Assembly: GCA_016789295.1 (NCBI GenBank)
Contig: JAEUQL010000002.1
Location: 1 to 25,646 of the forward strand
Direction of reading: 5' to 3'
DNA length: 25,646 nucleotides
From: Blastocatellia bacterium
GTDB lineage: Bacteria > Acidobacteriota > Blastocatellia > Chloracidobacteriales > JADJPF01
The notes beneath the pieces were generated by a model. The model had not been told where the DNA came from, ran no database searches, and saw only the letters and a program-made list of their open reading frames with translations. Position numbers and translations under genes: made by a program. Numbering within the stretch: the first letter of the stretch is position 1; the number at the start of each line of letters is the position of its first letter. This document shows positions 1 to 8,787 of the stretch, in pieces.

Positions 1-393
1 GAGAAGCGAGGCAGCAAAAGCAAGTTTTACTTTCTGCGTACATTGTAAAGAAAGCAAGTAGAAAAGTGTGGTGTTTACAGCATGTAGTAGAAGGTTAAAC
101 AGATGGTATACGCTAGGATTTAAGCCACCTACAAAGTAGTTTATTGCATATGTAAAAGCCGTAACTGGCCTGTAAAGTCCAAGTTCTGGGCGGTCTTTCC
201 AGTAGCTTTTGTAGAACATCTCCAATACTGATCTAATAGACTTTATGGAATCATTTCCAACGACTACTGTAAGATCATCCCCAACAAAACCAGCCGAAAC
301 AATATTATTATAGGCAACAAAAACAACCAACCAAAGAACTACTATTGGCAGAACATAAGCTGTTTTTAAGGGTTGCTCTTTTGCAAATATCAT
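1..393 (-). CDS. TMTC-like GT-C membrane glycosyltransferase (putative protein O-glycosyltransferase), 5' part only; runs off window edge
   Basis: Not in the ORF track; translated by hand from ATG at 393 (3 nt after the upstream stop), open for 131 codons: MIFAKEQPLKTAYVLPIVVLWLVVFVAYNNIVSAGFVGDDLTVVVGNDSIKS...YWKDRPELGLYRPVTAFTYAINYFVGGLNPSVYHLFNLLLHAVNTTLFY. TM helix, F-x-x-DD, YRP and YH-x-x-NLLLH are typical of the TMTC/GT-C N-terminus. Confidence 0.8.
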   Translation of the reverse strand, partial: MIFAKEQPLKTAYVLPIVVLWLVVFVAYNNIVSAGFVGDDLTVVVGNDSIKSIRSVLEMFYKSYWKDRPELGLYRPVTAFTYAINYFVGGLNPSVYHLFNLLLHAVNTTLFYLLSLQCTQKVKLAFAASLL

Positions 394-396
394 TAC

Positions 397-897
397 TTAA
401 ACCACTTTTTTAAATATTCCCCACTGGGCAATAAAACCCACAACCCTGATATCAATAGGAGTAAACAATGGAATGTCCTTAAAATATATCAGATGATCGT
501 GTGGGCTTGTCCTCTTCTGGTTAAGCCCTATGGCTTCAAGTATCTTGCAGATCCAATCCATATGCGGCAATGGAGAAGTTAGCATCAATAATCCATCTGG
601 CTTGAGTATGTCATAGAATTCTTTGAAACAGTGTACGTGCTCTACTACTTCAAAAGCTACTATAACATCAAATGAAGCTTCGGTTATCGCCAACATCCTC
701 CAGTCAAAAATGCTTCCAATAATATCTGCAGGAGGCTGAAGATCAAGACTTATACTATCTTTCCAACCATTTTTTTTTAGATAATCACTGAGCCAACAAC
801 TTCCAGCACCAACTTCAAGAATCTTTGCCTCTTTTGGTATTGGATCTATGAAATATCCTATCTTCTTCTTCTGTGCGTACTCACTCAAAAGAGGCAT
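397..897 (-). CDS. Small class I SAM-dependent methyltransferase
   Basis: Motif I ILEVGAGSCWL and FDVIVAFEVVEHV. Start moved from 927 (ORF track) to the ATG at 897 (MPLLSEY), 1 nt after the upstream TAG, which removes a 29-nt overlap. Confidence 0.8.
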   Translation of the reverse strand: MPLLSEYAQKKKIGYFIDPIPKEAKILEVGAGSCWLSDYLKKNGWKDSISLDLQPPADIIGSIFDWRMLAITEASFDVIVAFEVVEHVHCFKEFYDILKPDGLLMLTSPLPHMDWICKILEAIGLNQKRTSPHDHLIYFKDIPLFTPIDIRVVGFIAQWGIFKKVV

Positions 898-898
898 A

Positions 899-2557
899 CT
901 ATTTCTCTTCGTGATAGACCATCTCAAGATTTACATCCCAAAGGTTGGTCTTATCAAATCTTCCTTCGATTATGTTGTCCACAGCCATCATTGCAGTCAG
1001 CATACTGTGATCTTGATTATTGTAACGGTGCATACCATTACGTCCTATCAGAAATAGGTTAGGGATAGTGTTGAAATAGTCTTTGATCTCATCCAACTGG
1101 TCATAAGTCCCAAAATATGCAGGGTAAGCTTTTGGCATCCTAAGTACACAAGCATCTAACAGATCATCGCTCATCAGAAAGCCTATACGCTCCAATTCTG
1201 AGACACCTAGCTGGATCAGTTCGTTATCTTTCATCTCCCATATCTCATCACCCTGGCTAGCAAAATACTCAAGTCCTATCCAAACTGTGTTTTTTCTATC
1301 GGCTACCATATAAGGACTCCAGTTGTTGAAAATCTGTATACGACCAACTTTTACATCTCCATCCTGAACATAAATCCAGTTGTCAGGAACATTAGCAGCA
1401 GTGGCTTTGGCTTTCTCCAACACATTTAGCTTTCTCAAAAGCAACCCAACTGTCAAAAAATCTCTGTACTGTAAACCATCTGCAACAACAGTTACTTTTT
1501 CTGGTGTTTTTGGTTTGAGCATACTGACTAAGTGCTTTATAGGCATAGTTGAAAAGAAATAATCTGCCAGAAATTCTCTTTTTTGACCACTTGTTAGATT
1601 TTCAACAATTACTGTCTTAACTCTACCATCCTCTAACTCTACTCCACACACACGATGCTTGTGGTGTATCTCTCCTCCACAAGCTATCAACTGTTCTGCT
1701 ACCGTTTCCCAGATCTGGCCAGGACCATACTTTGGATAGTAGAAGCGGGTTATTAGACTGGTTTCGCGTTCTTGTTGTGCCTTCTGAAAATCACTACTCA
1801 AAAGATCCTGTACAGCATGTACAAGAGCACGTTTGAGAGAAAGTCCTTTGATACGCTGTGCTCCCCAGTCAGCACGTATTTTGTCACAAGCAATCCCCCA
1901 AACTTTTTCTGTATAGTCTTTGAAGAATGTTTCATAAAGCCTTTTTCCAAAACGATTTATAAAAAAGGCATCCAGATAAGTCTCGTCTTGTACAGGAAAG
2001 AGCTGAGCCTTTATGTAACTCATTCCTATCAAGAAAGTGTTCCATAGTCCCAACTGCCTAGCTACTCTAAATGTAATTCCCAGTGGATAAGGATAGAAAC
2101 TTCGACGGTAGAAGATGCGAGAAAGCCTTGGACGTTGTAGCATCACCATATCTTCTTTTTCTGGATCTGGAGCTTGAATTTTAATTCCTTGTAAGCTATT
2201 TACCGCTAGATTTCTATCGATCAATCCTTCTTTTGTCCACTCAGGACATAGCAGATCTATGATAATTTCTGTAGCATAATCGATATCGTGAGCCTTCTCC
2301 AAAGTATCCGCAGCCGGTGCTCCCTGAAGAGGAAGTATGTTGAACCACCAGTTCATCACCCTATCACTTTTGGAAAAAAACCTATGGCCACCAATGTCGA
2401 TCCGATTGCCTTTGTAGTTGTAGGTTTGGGCTATACCACCTATTGCAGAGGTCTCTTCAAAGATTATAGGTTTTATCTCTGTACGTTTTAGCAGCTCGTA
2501 AGCTGCAGTTAGACCTGCTGGGCCTGCTCCAGCAATCAAAGCGACTTTTTGTGACAT
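899..2557 (-). CDS. NAD(P)/FAD-dependent oxidoreductase, PRK07208/COG1232-like (distant UDP-galactopyranose mutase/HemY fold)
   Basis: N-terminal Rossmann [41 protein letters not shown] and C-terminal [20 protein letters not shown]. The substrate cannot be assigned from sequence alone. Confidence 0.8.
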   Translation of the reverse strand: MSQKVALIAGAGPAGLTAAYELLKRTEIKPIIFEETSAIGGIAQTYNYKGNRIDIGGHRFFSKSDRVMNWWFNILPLQGAPAADTLEKAHDIDYATEIIIDLLCPEWTKEGLIDRNLAVNSLQGIKIQAPDPEKEDMVMLQRPRLSRIFYRRSFYPYPLGITFRVARQLGLWNTFLIGMSYIKAQLFPVQDETYLDAFFINRFGKRLYETFFKDYTEKVWGIACDKIRADWGAQRIKGLSLKRALVHAVQDLLSSDFQKAQQERETSLITRFYYPKYGPGQIWETVAEQLIACGGEIHHKHRVCGVELEDGRVKTVIVENLTSGQKREFLADYFFSTMPIKHLVSMLKPKTPEKVTVVADGLQYRDFLTVGLLLRKLNVLEKAKATAANVPDNWIYVQDGDVKVGRIQIFNNWSPYMVADRKNTVWIGLEYFASQGDEIWEMKDNELIQLGVSELERIGFLMSDDLLDACVLRMPKAYPAYFGTYDQLDEIKDYFNTIPNLFLIGRNGMHRYNNQDHSMLTAMMAVDNIIEGRFDKTNLWDVNLEMVYHEEK

Positions 2558-2584
2558 ATATTAGTTATCCACCATAAGAGAAAA

Positions 2585-2884
2585 TTAGTGGCTATCTTTC
2601 TCCTGAGTATGATTTTCACGACTAACAGTTACCCGCTCCACACGACGCGACTCGTCTATTATCCTTTCAAAAAGTCTTCTGATAGCTTCGTTGTCAAGTG
2701 GCCCTTTGTTGTGGGAAGTAACATTGGAAAGAACCTCAGCTTCGCGTGATGGAGAGTAGACGGCTAAACCAAGCCTCTGTTTTATACGCCCAATCTCTAT
2801 TGCACACTGTGATCTTCTGTTGAGCAGATCGACAATCTGCACGTCTAGCTCATCTATAATGACTCGCCAGTCGTCTATATCCAC
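2585..2884 (-). CDS. aroQ: Monofunctional chorismate mutase, AroQ class
   Basis: WRVIIDELD...LLNRR...IGRIK...YSPSRE...IIDESRRVE carries the AroQ Arg/Arg/Lys/Arg-Glu pattern; GTG start; follows trpA. Confidence 0.9.
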   Translation of the reverse strand: MDIDDWRVIIDELDVQIVDLLNRRSQCAIEIGRIKQRLGLAVYSPSREAEVLSNVTSHNKGPLDNEAIRRLFERIIDESRRVERVTVSRENHTQEKDSH

Positions 2885-2914
2885 ACCTTTGACCCTTTCT
2901 TAATACTTTCTGCC

Positions 2915-3712
2915 CTACTTGTAACAAAACTCTCTGACCAAATTACCAACTCTTTTGACCAGTTCCTTAGCGTCTACTTCTTTTTGCAACACCTCTATTT
3001 CAGAAACGATTCTACTACCAACTACTGCAGCTTCCGCATACTGCCAAACCTCTTTTACCTGTTCAACAGTGGAGATCCCGAAGCCAACAGCCACTGGCAA
3101 TGTAGAAAAATCCCTGATCCTCTTAATTAAGCGAGGTGCTGTCTCTGAAATAGACTGCTTCATCCCTGTTACACCCGTTCGAGATAGTGCATAGATAAAA
3201 CCACTTGCAACTTCTGTTATCCTCTTTATGCGTGCGTCACTGCTTGTTGGTGCAAGAAGAAATATAAGGTCTATATCAAATTTATCTGTATATCCTAGTA
3301 ACTCTCCTGATTCTTCTGGTGAAAGATCTGTAACAAGCAGCCCATCTATCTCAAGCTCAGCAGCTTTTTGGCAAAGCCTATCGAGTCCATATTGAAGTAA
3401 TGGATTGTAGTAGCTAAAAAGTATAATTGGTACAGATGTTGACTTTCTAACCTGTGCAACCATATCCAATATTTGTGCTAGATTAACACCTTCTTTTAGT
3501 GCTCTTTCGGCTGCACGCTGTATTACAGGACCATCTGCCATTGGATCTGAAAATGGAACACCTAGCTCTATTATATCTGCACCAGAACACGCAATCTCAA
3601 TAAGGATTTCCTGTGTTAATTTTAAGTTAGGATCTCCTGCAGTAATATACGGAATTAGTAGTTTTCTGCCTTCATTAGCAGCCTGCTCAAAAGTGGCTCG
3701 AATCCGACTCAT
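2915..3712 (-). CDS. trpA: Tryptophan synthase alpha chain
   Basis: [39 protein letters not shown]; ATGA overlap with trpB. Confidence 0.98.
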   Translation of the reverse strand: MSRIRATFEQAANEGRKLLIPYITAGDPNLKLTQEILIEIACSGADIIELGVPFSDPMADGPVIQRAAERALKEGVNLAQILDMVAQVRKSTSVPIILFSYYNPLLQYGLDRLCQKAAELEIDGLLVTDLSPEESGELLGYTDKFDIDLIFLLAPTSSDARIKRITEVASGFIYALSRTGVTGMKQSISETAPRLIKRIRDFSTLPVAVGFGISTVEQVKEVWQYAEAAVVGSRIVSEIEVLQKEVDAKELVKRVGNLVREFCYK

Positions 3713-4917
3713 AGTTCAACTCCAAGTGCTTGTGCTACGGTGTGAACATCCTTATCACCTCTGCCAGAAAGATTGACCACAATGACCGAGTCTTTATCCA
3801 TCTTTGCTGCCAGTTTTAAGGTGTAAGCTACTGCGTGAGAAGATTCTAAAGCAGGAAGAATTCCTTCGATCTTTGCTAGAAGTTGAAAAGCTTCGAGTGC
3901 TTCATCATCAGAGACTGAAGTATATTCAACTCGCCCAATGTCGTGAAGATAGGCATGTTCTGGCCCTATGGCAGGATAGTCTAGCCCTGCAGATATGGAA
4001 TGAGTAGCTGCTACTTGACCTTCACTGCTCTGCAGTATGTAGCTGTGAGTCCCTTGTAACACACCTGGTCTACCTCCACCTTCTGACATAAACCTTGCTG
4101 CATGTTCACCAAGACTTTTACCCTTTCCACCAGCCTCAACCCCAACCATTCTCACACTTTTGTCATTAATAAAATCAAAGAACAGCCCTATAGCATTACT
4201 TCCACCACCAACACACGCCACTAAAAAGTCTGGAAGACGACCTTCAAGCTCTAAGATCTGGTTTCTGGCTTCTCGGCCAATCACAGATTGAAAGTCACGC
4301 ACCATTTGAGGATACGGGTGAGGTCCAAGTGCCGAACCCAAAAGATAGTAAGTAGTATCAACATTTGTTACCCAGTCTCGTAAAGCTTCATTGATTGCAT
4401 CTTTTAAGGTACAACTTCCTTGGTCAACACCAACAACTTCTGCACCAAGTAGTTTCATACGAAAAACGTTTAATGCCTGACGGCGCATGTCTTCTGTTCC
4501 CATATATATACAACACTGTTTGTTCAGTAGAGCAGAGACTGTAGCAGTAGCCACACCGTGTTGCCCAGCTCCAGTCTCTGCAATAATTCGTTGTTTACCC
4601 ATTCTGGAAGCTAGAAGTATCTGTCCCAAAGCATTATTTATCTTGTGTGCACCGGTGTGACTTAAATCCTCCCTTTTCAAATATATACGTGCACCACCAA
4701 GATAGTCTGTGAGCCTACGCGCAAAGAAGAGTGGAGTCGGTCGGCCTACATAATTTTTTAGTAGTTGCTGAAACTCTTCTTGAAAAACAGGGTCCGATTT
4801 TGTAGCTTCGTAAGCAGAAACAAGCTGCTCAAGTGGATACATCAATGTTTCTGGTACATAAGATCCACCATAACGGCCAAAGTGACCCATGGAATCTGGA
4901 ACAGCAGTATTTAACAA
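3709..4917 (-). CDS. trpB: Tryptophan synthase beta chain (TrpB1)
   Basis: [16 protein letters not shown] (PLP Lys), [24 protein letters not shown]; TTG start with AAGGAG upstream. Confidence 0.98.
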   Translation of the reverse strand: MLNTAVPDSMGHFGRYGGSYVPETLMYPLEQLVSAYEATKSDPVFQEEFQQLLKNYVGRPTPLFFARRLTDYLGGARIYLKREDLSHTGAHKINNALGQILLASRMGKQRIIAETGAGQHGVATATVSALLNKQCCIYMGTEDMRRQALNVFRMKLLGAEVVGVDQGSCTLKDAINEALRDWVTNVDTTYYLLGSALGPHPYPQMVRDFQSVIGREARNQILELEGRLPDFLVACVGGGSNAIGLFFDFINDKSVRMVGVEAGGKGKSLGEHAARFMSEGGGRPGVLQGTHSYILQSSEGQVAATHSISAGLDYPAIGPEHAYLHDIGRVEYTSVSDDEALEAFQLLAKIEGILPALESSHAVAYTLKLAAKMDKDSVIVVNLSGRGDKDVHTVAQALGVEL

Positions 4918-4966
4918 AAGTTCACTCCTTAAACTCTATTTGATTCTTTCGAATCTTTTCAACACT

Positions 4967-5644
4967 CTAACTTTCCAAAGAGAAACGTGGTAGATGTCCA
5001 GTAGTAGATTTTTGTAGTTCTTGAAAACCACGCCTAACTTCCTGTATTAATGTTTGCAAACGAACTCTATCTTTACGACCTGGAGCTGATTCCACACCAC
5101 TACAAACATCTACTCCATAAGGCTTAACTGCACGTATTGCTGCAACTACATTTTCGGGAACTATTCCACCTGCAACTATTATTCTAGGTGTGTACTGCTT
5201 TGCTTCTATTGCTATACGCCAATCAAAAAGCTGCCCTGTGCCACCGTAGGCATCTGCCGAGTAATTATCGAGTAGAATAGCACTAACAGAAAAATCCTTA
5301 ACATGCGCAACATCAAATGTTTCACCAACACGCAAAGCTTTTATTACTCTTCTAGGTAGCAAATGTGAGCAATATTCTGGACTTTCATTGCCGTGTAGTT
5401 GAACAACAGATATACCAACCATATCAGCTATACTAGTGAGATACTCCAGATTAAGCTCATTTACAAAAAGTCCAACAATAGAGGTAAAAGGAGGTAGTTT
5501 CAGTGCTATTTCTCTTGCATCTGATGGTGCTATGTAACGTGGACTTTTGTTATAAAAATTGAAACCTATTGCATCAACACCATTGTCTACACACATGGCA
5601 GCATCTTCATAGCTGGTAATTCCACATATCTTTACTTTGATCAC
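4967..5644 (-). CDS. trpF: Phosphoribosylanthranilate isomerase, with a C-terminal extension of about 20 aa
   Basis: VKICGIT, GFNFYNKSPR, VQLHGNE, GGTGQLFDW, AGGIVPEN, GVDVCSGVE; GTG start. Confidence 0.96.
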   Translation of the reverse strand: MIKVKICGITSYEDAAMCVDNGVDAIGFNFYNKSPRYIAPSDAREIALKLPPFTSIVGLFVNELNLEYLTSIADMVGISVVQLHGNESPEYCSHLLPRRVIKALRVGETFDVAHVKDFSVSAILLDNYSADAYGGTGQLFDWRIAIEAKQYTPRIIVAGGIVPENVVAAIRAVKPYGVDVCSGVESAPGRKDRVRLQTLIQEVRRGFQELQKSTTGHLPRFSLES

Positions 5645-5664
5645 AGCTTCTCTACCTTTCAGGT

Positions 5665-6435
5665 TTAAGCTTTTATCAGAGCCGAAAGTGCTTTGCCAGG
5701 CTCTTCGGCCTTCATAAAATGCTCACCTATTAAAAATGCACTATAACCAACATTTTGTAGCATCTTTATATCTTGTAAGCTATTGATTCCACTCTCGCTT
5801 ACTAAAAGTGTATCTTTCGGTACAGTTGCAGCAAGTTTTACAGATGTCTGGATGTCTACTTCAAATGTCTTGAGATTACGATTGTTTACACCTACTATTT
5901 TTGGCTTTGAGTTTAGCACTTTTTCTAGTTCGACTGCAGTATGAACTTCAATTAGTGTATCCAAACCCAGTTTCTGGCCAAGGTCTACTAGGTGTGATAT
6001 CTGCTCTGTTTCAAGTAAAGAAGCTATTAGAAGGAATGCATCTGCACCTGCTTCTAGTGATTCATAAACTTGATACTCATCAACTATAAAATCTTTTCTC
6101 AAAATTGGAATAGAGACATTGGATCGGATTTGACGAAGTATATCCAGAGAACCTTGAAAAAAATCCTCTTCTGTCAAAACCGAGAGAGCAGCCGCTCCAG
6201 CCAATTCATAACTTCTGGCTATTTGAACTGGCCTAAAATCCTGACAGATAACGCCTTTAGATGGAGAAGCTTTCTTGACTTCTGCAATTACATTTATTTG
6301 ACCAGGTCTTGCAAGAGCCTGGTAAAAACTCTGCTTTTTAGTCGATATAGAGTAAAGCTCTTTAAGCGGTCGTAGCTGTTTCGCTTCCTCTAATCTCTGA
6401 CGTTTCTTTTCTACTATTTTTGTAAGTATGTCCAT
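5665..6435 (-). CDS. trpC: Indole-3-glycerol phosphate synthase
   Basis: IAEVKKASPSKG, LSVLTE, LRKDFI, GVNNRNL, VSESGI. Confidence 0.98.
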   Translation of the reverse strand: MDILTKIVEKKRQRLEEAKQLRPLKELYSISTKKQSFYQALARPGQINVIAEVKKASPSKGVICQDFRPVQIARSYELAGAAALSVLTEEDFFQGSLDILRQIRSNVSIPILRKDFIVDEYQVYESLEAGADAFLLIASLLETEQISHLVDLGQKLGLDTLIEVHTAVELEKVLNSKPKIVGVNNRNLKTFEVDIQTSVKLAATVPKDTLLVSESGINSLQDIKMLQNVGYSAFLIGEHFMKAEEPGKALSALIKA

Positions 6436-6440
6436 ATAAA

Positions 6441-7475
6441 CTAATCAGACTGTTGGCTATAGCCTGCAAGCAGACCCAACTTTTCTATTGCCTTTCCGCT
6501 ATCTATAGACTCTTCAGCAAGCTTGACGCTGTCTTTTAGGCTAGGGGCAGCATCTGCTATGTAAAGTGCTGCTGCTGCACTTGCTATGACAGCACTGCGC
6601 AGTCCGCCTTGTTGCTTACCCGAAAGTATCTCTTTCATCTTGACTGCATTCTCTAACGGTGTATCTCCTAGTATCTCTACTAATTTAACCTCTTTTAACC
6701 CAAAGTCCGAAGGGAGAAGTTCAAACCTATCGACTCTTGCGTCTATTACTTCTGCAACATAGGTCTTCCCACAAAGCGAGATCTCATCCAATCCTCCTCC
6801 GCAACCATCTTCACCCCAAACGACCCAAGCCCTCTCTGCACCAAGCTCAGCAAGTACTGAAGCACATTTGTCAACATACTCCCTGGCAAAAACTCCAACT
6901 ATCTGCCGTGGCGTGCCAGCAGGGTTTGTCAAAGGACCAAGCAGATTAAAAGCTGTCCGAAAACCAAGTTGGCGGCGAATTTCAGCTACACGTTTAGTAG
7001 CCGGATGAAAAGCTGGAGCAAACATAAAACAGATACCTATTTCATCTAGACACTTGGTAGCTATCTCTGGACTGACTACAACTCTAACACCAAGTTCAGA
7101 GAGCACATCTGCACTACCTGAAAGACTTGATACAGCTCTATTTCCATGTTTTGCTACCGCTACACCGGCACCGGCAACTACAAAACCTGCTGTGGTGGAA
7201 ATGTTGAAAGTACCACGTCCATCACCACCTGTGCCAGCAGTATCAACATAGATGGTGTGGCGAGTTTGAAAACTCCTAGCACGAGACCGCATCACTTGCA
7301 CAAGCCCAACAAGCTCTTCAACTGTCTCGCCTTTAATAGCAAGTGCAGTAAGAAATGCAGCTATTTGTGCATCTGTAGTCTCACCATCAATTACTTCATC
7401 TAGTACAGCAGCAGTTTCGCTCCTAGTTAGATTTAGACCAGCTAGTAGCTTCTTTAAATAAGATTTAATTATCAT
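6441..7475 (-). CDS. trpD: Anthranilate phosphoribosyltransferase
   Basis: DTAGTGGDG, FNIST, KHGNRAVSSLSGSADVL, NLLGPLTNP. Confidence 0.98.
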   Translation of the reverse strand: MIIKSYLKKLLAGLNLTRSETAAVLDEVIDGETTDAQIAAFLTALAIKGETVEELVGLVQVMRSRARSFQTRHTIYVDTAGTGGDGRGTFNISTTAGFVVAGAGVAVAKHGNRAVSSLSGSADVLSELGVRVVVSPEIATKCLDEIGICFMFAPAFHPATKRVAEIRRQLGFRTAFNLLGPLTNPAGTPRQIVGVFAREYVDKCASVLAELGAERAWVVWGEDGCGGGLDEISLCGKTYVAEVIDARVDRFELLPSDFGLKEVKLVEILGDTPLENAVKMKEILSGKQQGGLRSAVIASAAAALYIADAAPSLKDSVKLAEESIDSGKAIEKLGLLAGYSQQSD

Positions 7476-7502
7476 TTAGATTAAAGAGTTAACAGCAACT
7501 TT

Positions 7503-8066
7503 CTAAAGATTAAGAAAATTCTTAATGAGCGTCTTACCATAAGTAGTCATTATAGACTCAGGATGAAATTGTACTCCTTCACAGCAGAAGTCACGGTGGC
7601 GAATTCCCATAACTATGCCATCTGGCGTAGTTGCTGAAACTTCCAAAGTAGCTGGTATAGATTCTCTTTCTATGACAAGTGAGTGATAGCGTGTAGCAGG
7701 AAATCTATACTCTACACCACGAAATAGAGTAAGACCATCATGGCATATCTCACTAGTTTTACCATGCATCAAGTAAGGAGCAGGGATAACTTTTGCTCCG
7801 AAAAAATGGCCTATTGCTTGATGACCTAAACATACTCCAAGTATGGGAATACGTCCTGCAAATTCTTTAATAGCATCTAACATTATACCTGCATTTTCTG
7901 GTCTTCCTGGACCAGGAGAAAGTACTATTCTAGCGGGCTTGAGTGCTCTTATCTCTTCAATTTTTATCTGATCGTTACGAACTACCACTATATCTGGCTC
8001 AAAATCTCCCAAATACTGAACTAGATTATAGGTAAAAGAGTCATAATTATCTAAAACAAATATCAT
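7503..8066 (-). CDS. trpG: Anthranilate synthase component II (glutamine amidotransferase)
   Basis: DNYDSFTYNL, SPGPG, LGVCLGHQ, RYHSL, QFHPES (Cys-His-Glu triad); trp operon context. Confidence 0.95.
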   Translation of the reverse strand: MIFVLDNYDSFTYNLVQYLGDFEPDIVVVRNDQIKIEEIRALKPARIVLSPGPGRPENAGIMLDAIKEFAGRIPILGVCLGHQAIGHFFGAKVIPAPYLMHGKTSEICHDGLTLFRGVEYRFPATRYHSLVIERESIPATLEVSATTPDGIVMGIRHRDFCCEGVQFHPESIMTTYGKTLIKNFLNL

Positions 8067-8091
8067 AAACCTCTCTTTAGTAGTTTAATGG

Positions 8092-8787
8092 TTACTGAGT
8101 CACTCTTTCTCTAATTAATACTTGCCTTACTTCTATCCGTTCTTTAGGTTTATCTTGTGTACCTTCTTCTATTGGTACAGCAGCTATAATATCAAGTATG
8201 TCTAATCCTTCTATAACTTTACCAAACACTGTGTACTGTCCATCGAGTGATGAAGCTTTTTGAGTACATATAAAGAAGTGACAAGTTCCACCATCTGGCT
8301 CACCATTTGGTCTTGCAAGTGAAACTGCACCACGTTCGTGCTTTATGTTTGGATCATATTCGGCTTTCAGTTTAGGGATTTCAAATATCTTTTTACGGTT
8401 GGGGTTTGTCTCTTCCCAAGAAGCAAAGTTCCCACTCTGTACAATGAACTTTGGAATTACACGGCTCACAGACATACCATCAAAGTAGCCAACTCTAGCC
8501 AGCCATACAAATTGACGGACATGGTTAGGAGCAGCATCGGCATAGAAGTCAAACACGATCCTACCCATTGATGTTTCTATAACTGCTTGTAAAGTTCTCA
8601 TCTCTTCAACGCTTAGAGCAACTTCTGGTGGAACTACTTTTTCTGGCTCTGGAGGTGGTAGTGGCTTTGTGGGTTCCACAACCACAGGAGGTGGTGGGTT
8701 TGATGGTTTTCTTACCTTCTGTGCTGACGCTTCACTGCAAAACAGTAAGAGTAAGATTAAAACAATAGTAAACCTACTCCCTATCAT
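8092..8787 (-). CDS. Exported cyclophilin-type peptidyl-prolyl isomerase with signal peptide and Pro-rich linker
   Basis: Signal-like MIGSRFTIVLILLLLFCSEASA|Q; linker PSNPPPPVVVEPTKPLPPPEPEK; domain motifs APNHVRQF, RVIPKFIVQSG, GAVSLAR, HFFIC, LDGQYTVFGKV. ATGA overlap with the kinase stop. Confidence 0.9.
   Translation of the reverse strand: MIGSRFTIVLILLLLFCSEASAQKVRKPSNPPPPVVVEPTKPLPPPEPEKVVPPEVALSVEEMRTLQAVIETSMGRIVFDFYADAAPNHVRQFVWLARVGYFDGMSVSRVIPKFIVQSGNFASWEETNPNRKKIFEIPKLKAEYDPNIKHERGAVSLARPNGEPDGGTCHFFICTQKASSLDGQYTVFGKVIEGLDILDIIAAVPIEEGTQDKPKERIEVRQVLIRERVTQ

Noticed and set aside
898-927. Longer start (927) for the small methyltransferase
   Set aside because: It overlaps the oxidoreductase by 29 nt; the ATG at 897 directly follows the upstream stop and fits translational coupling.
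4936-4960. Small GATTC-GAAA-GAATC hairpin (minus strand) between trpF and trpB
   Set aside because: A 5-bp stem without a U-tract is too weak to call.
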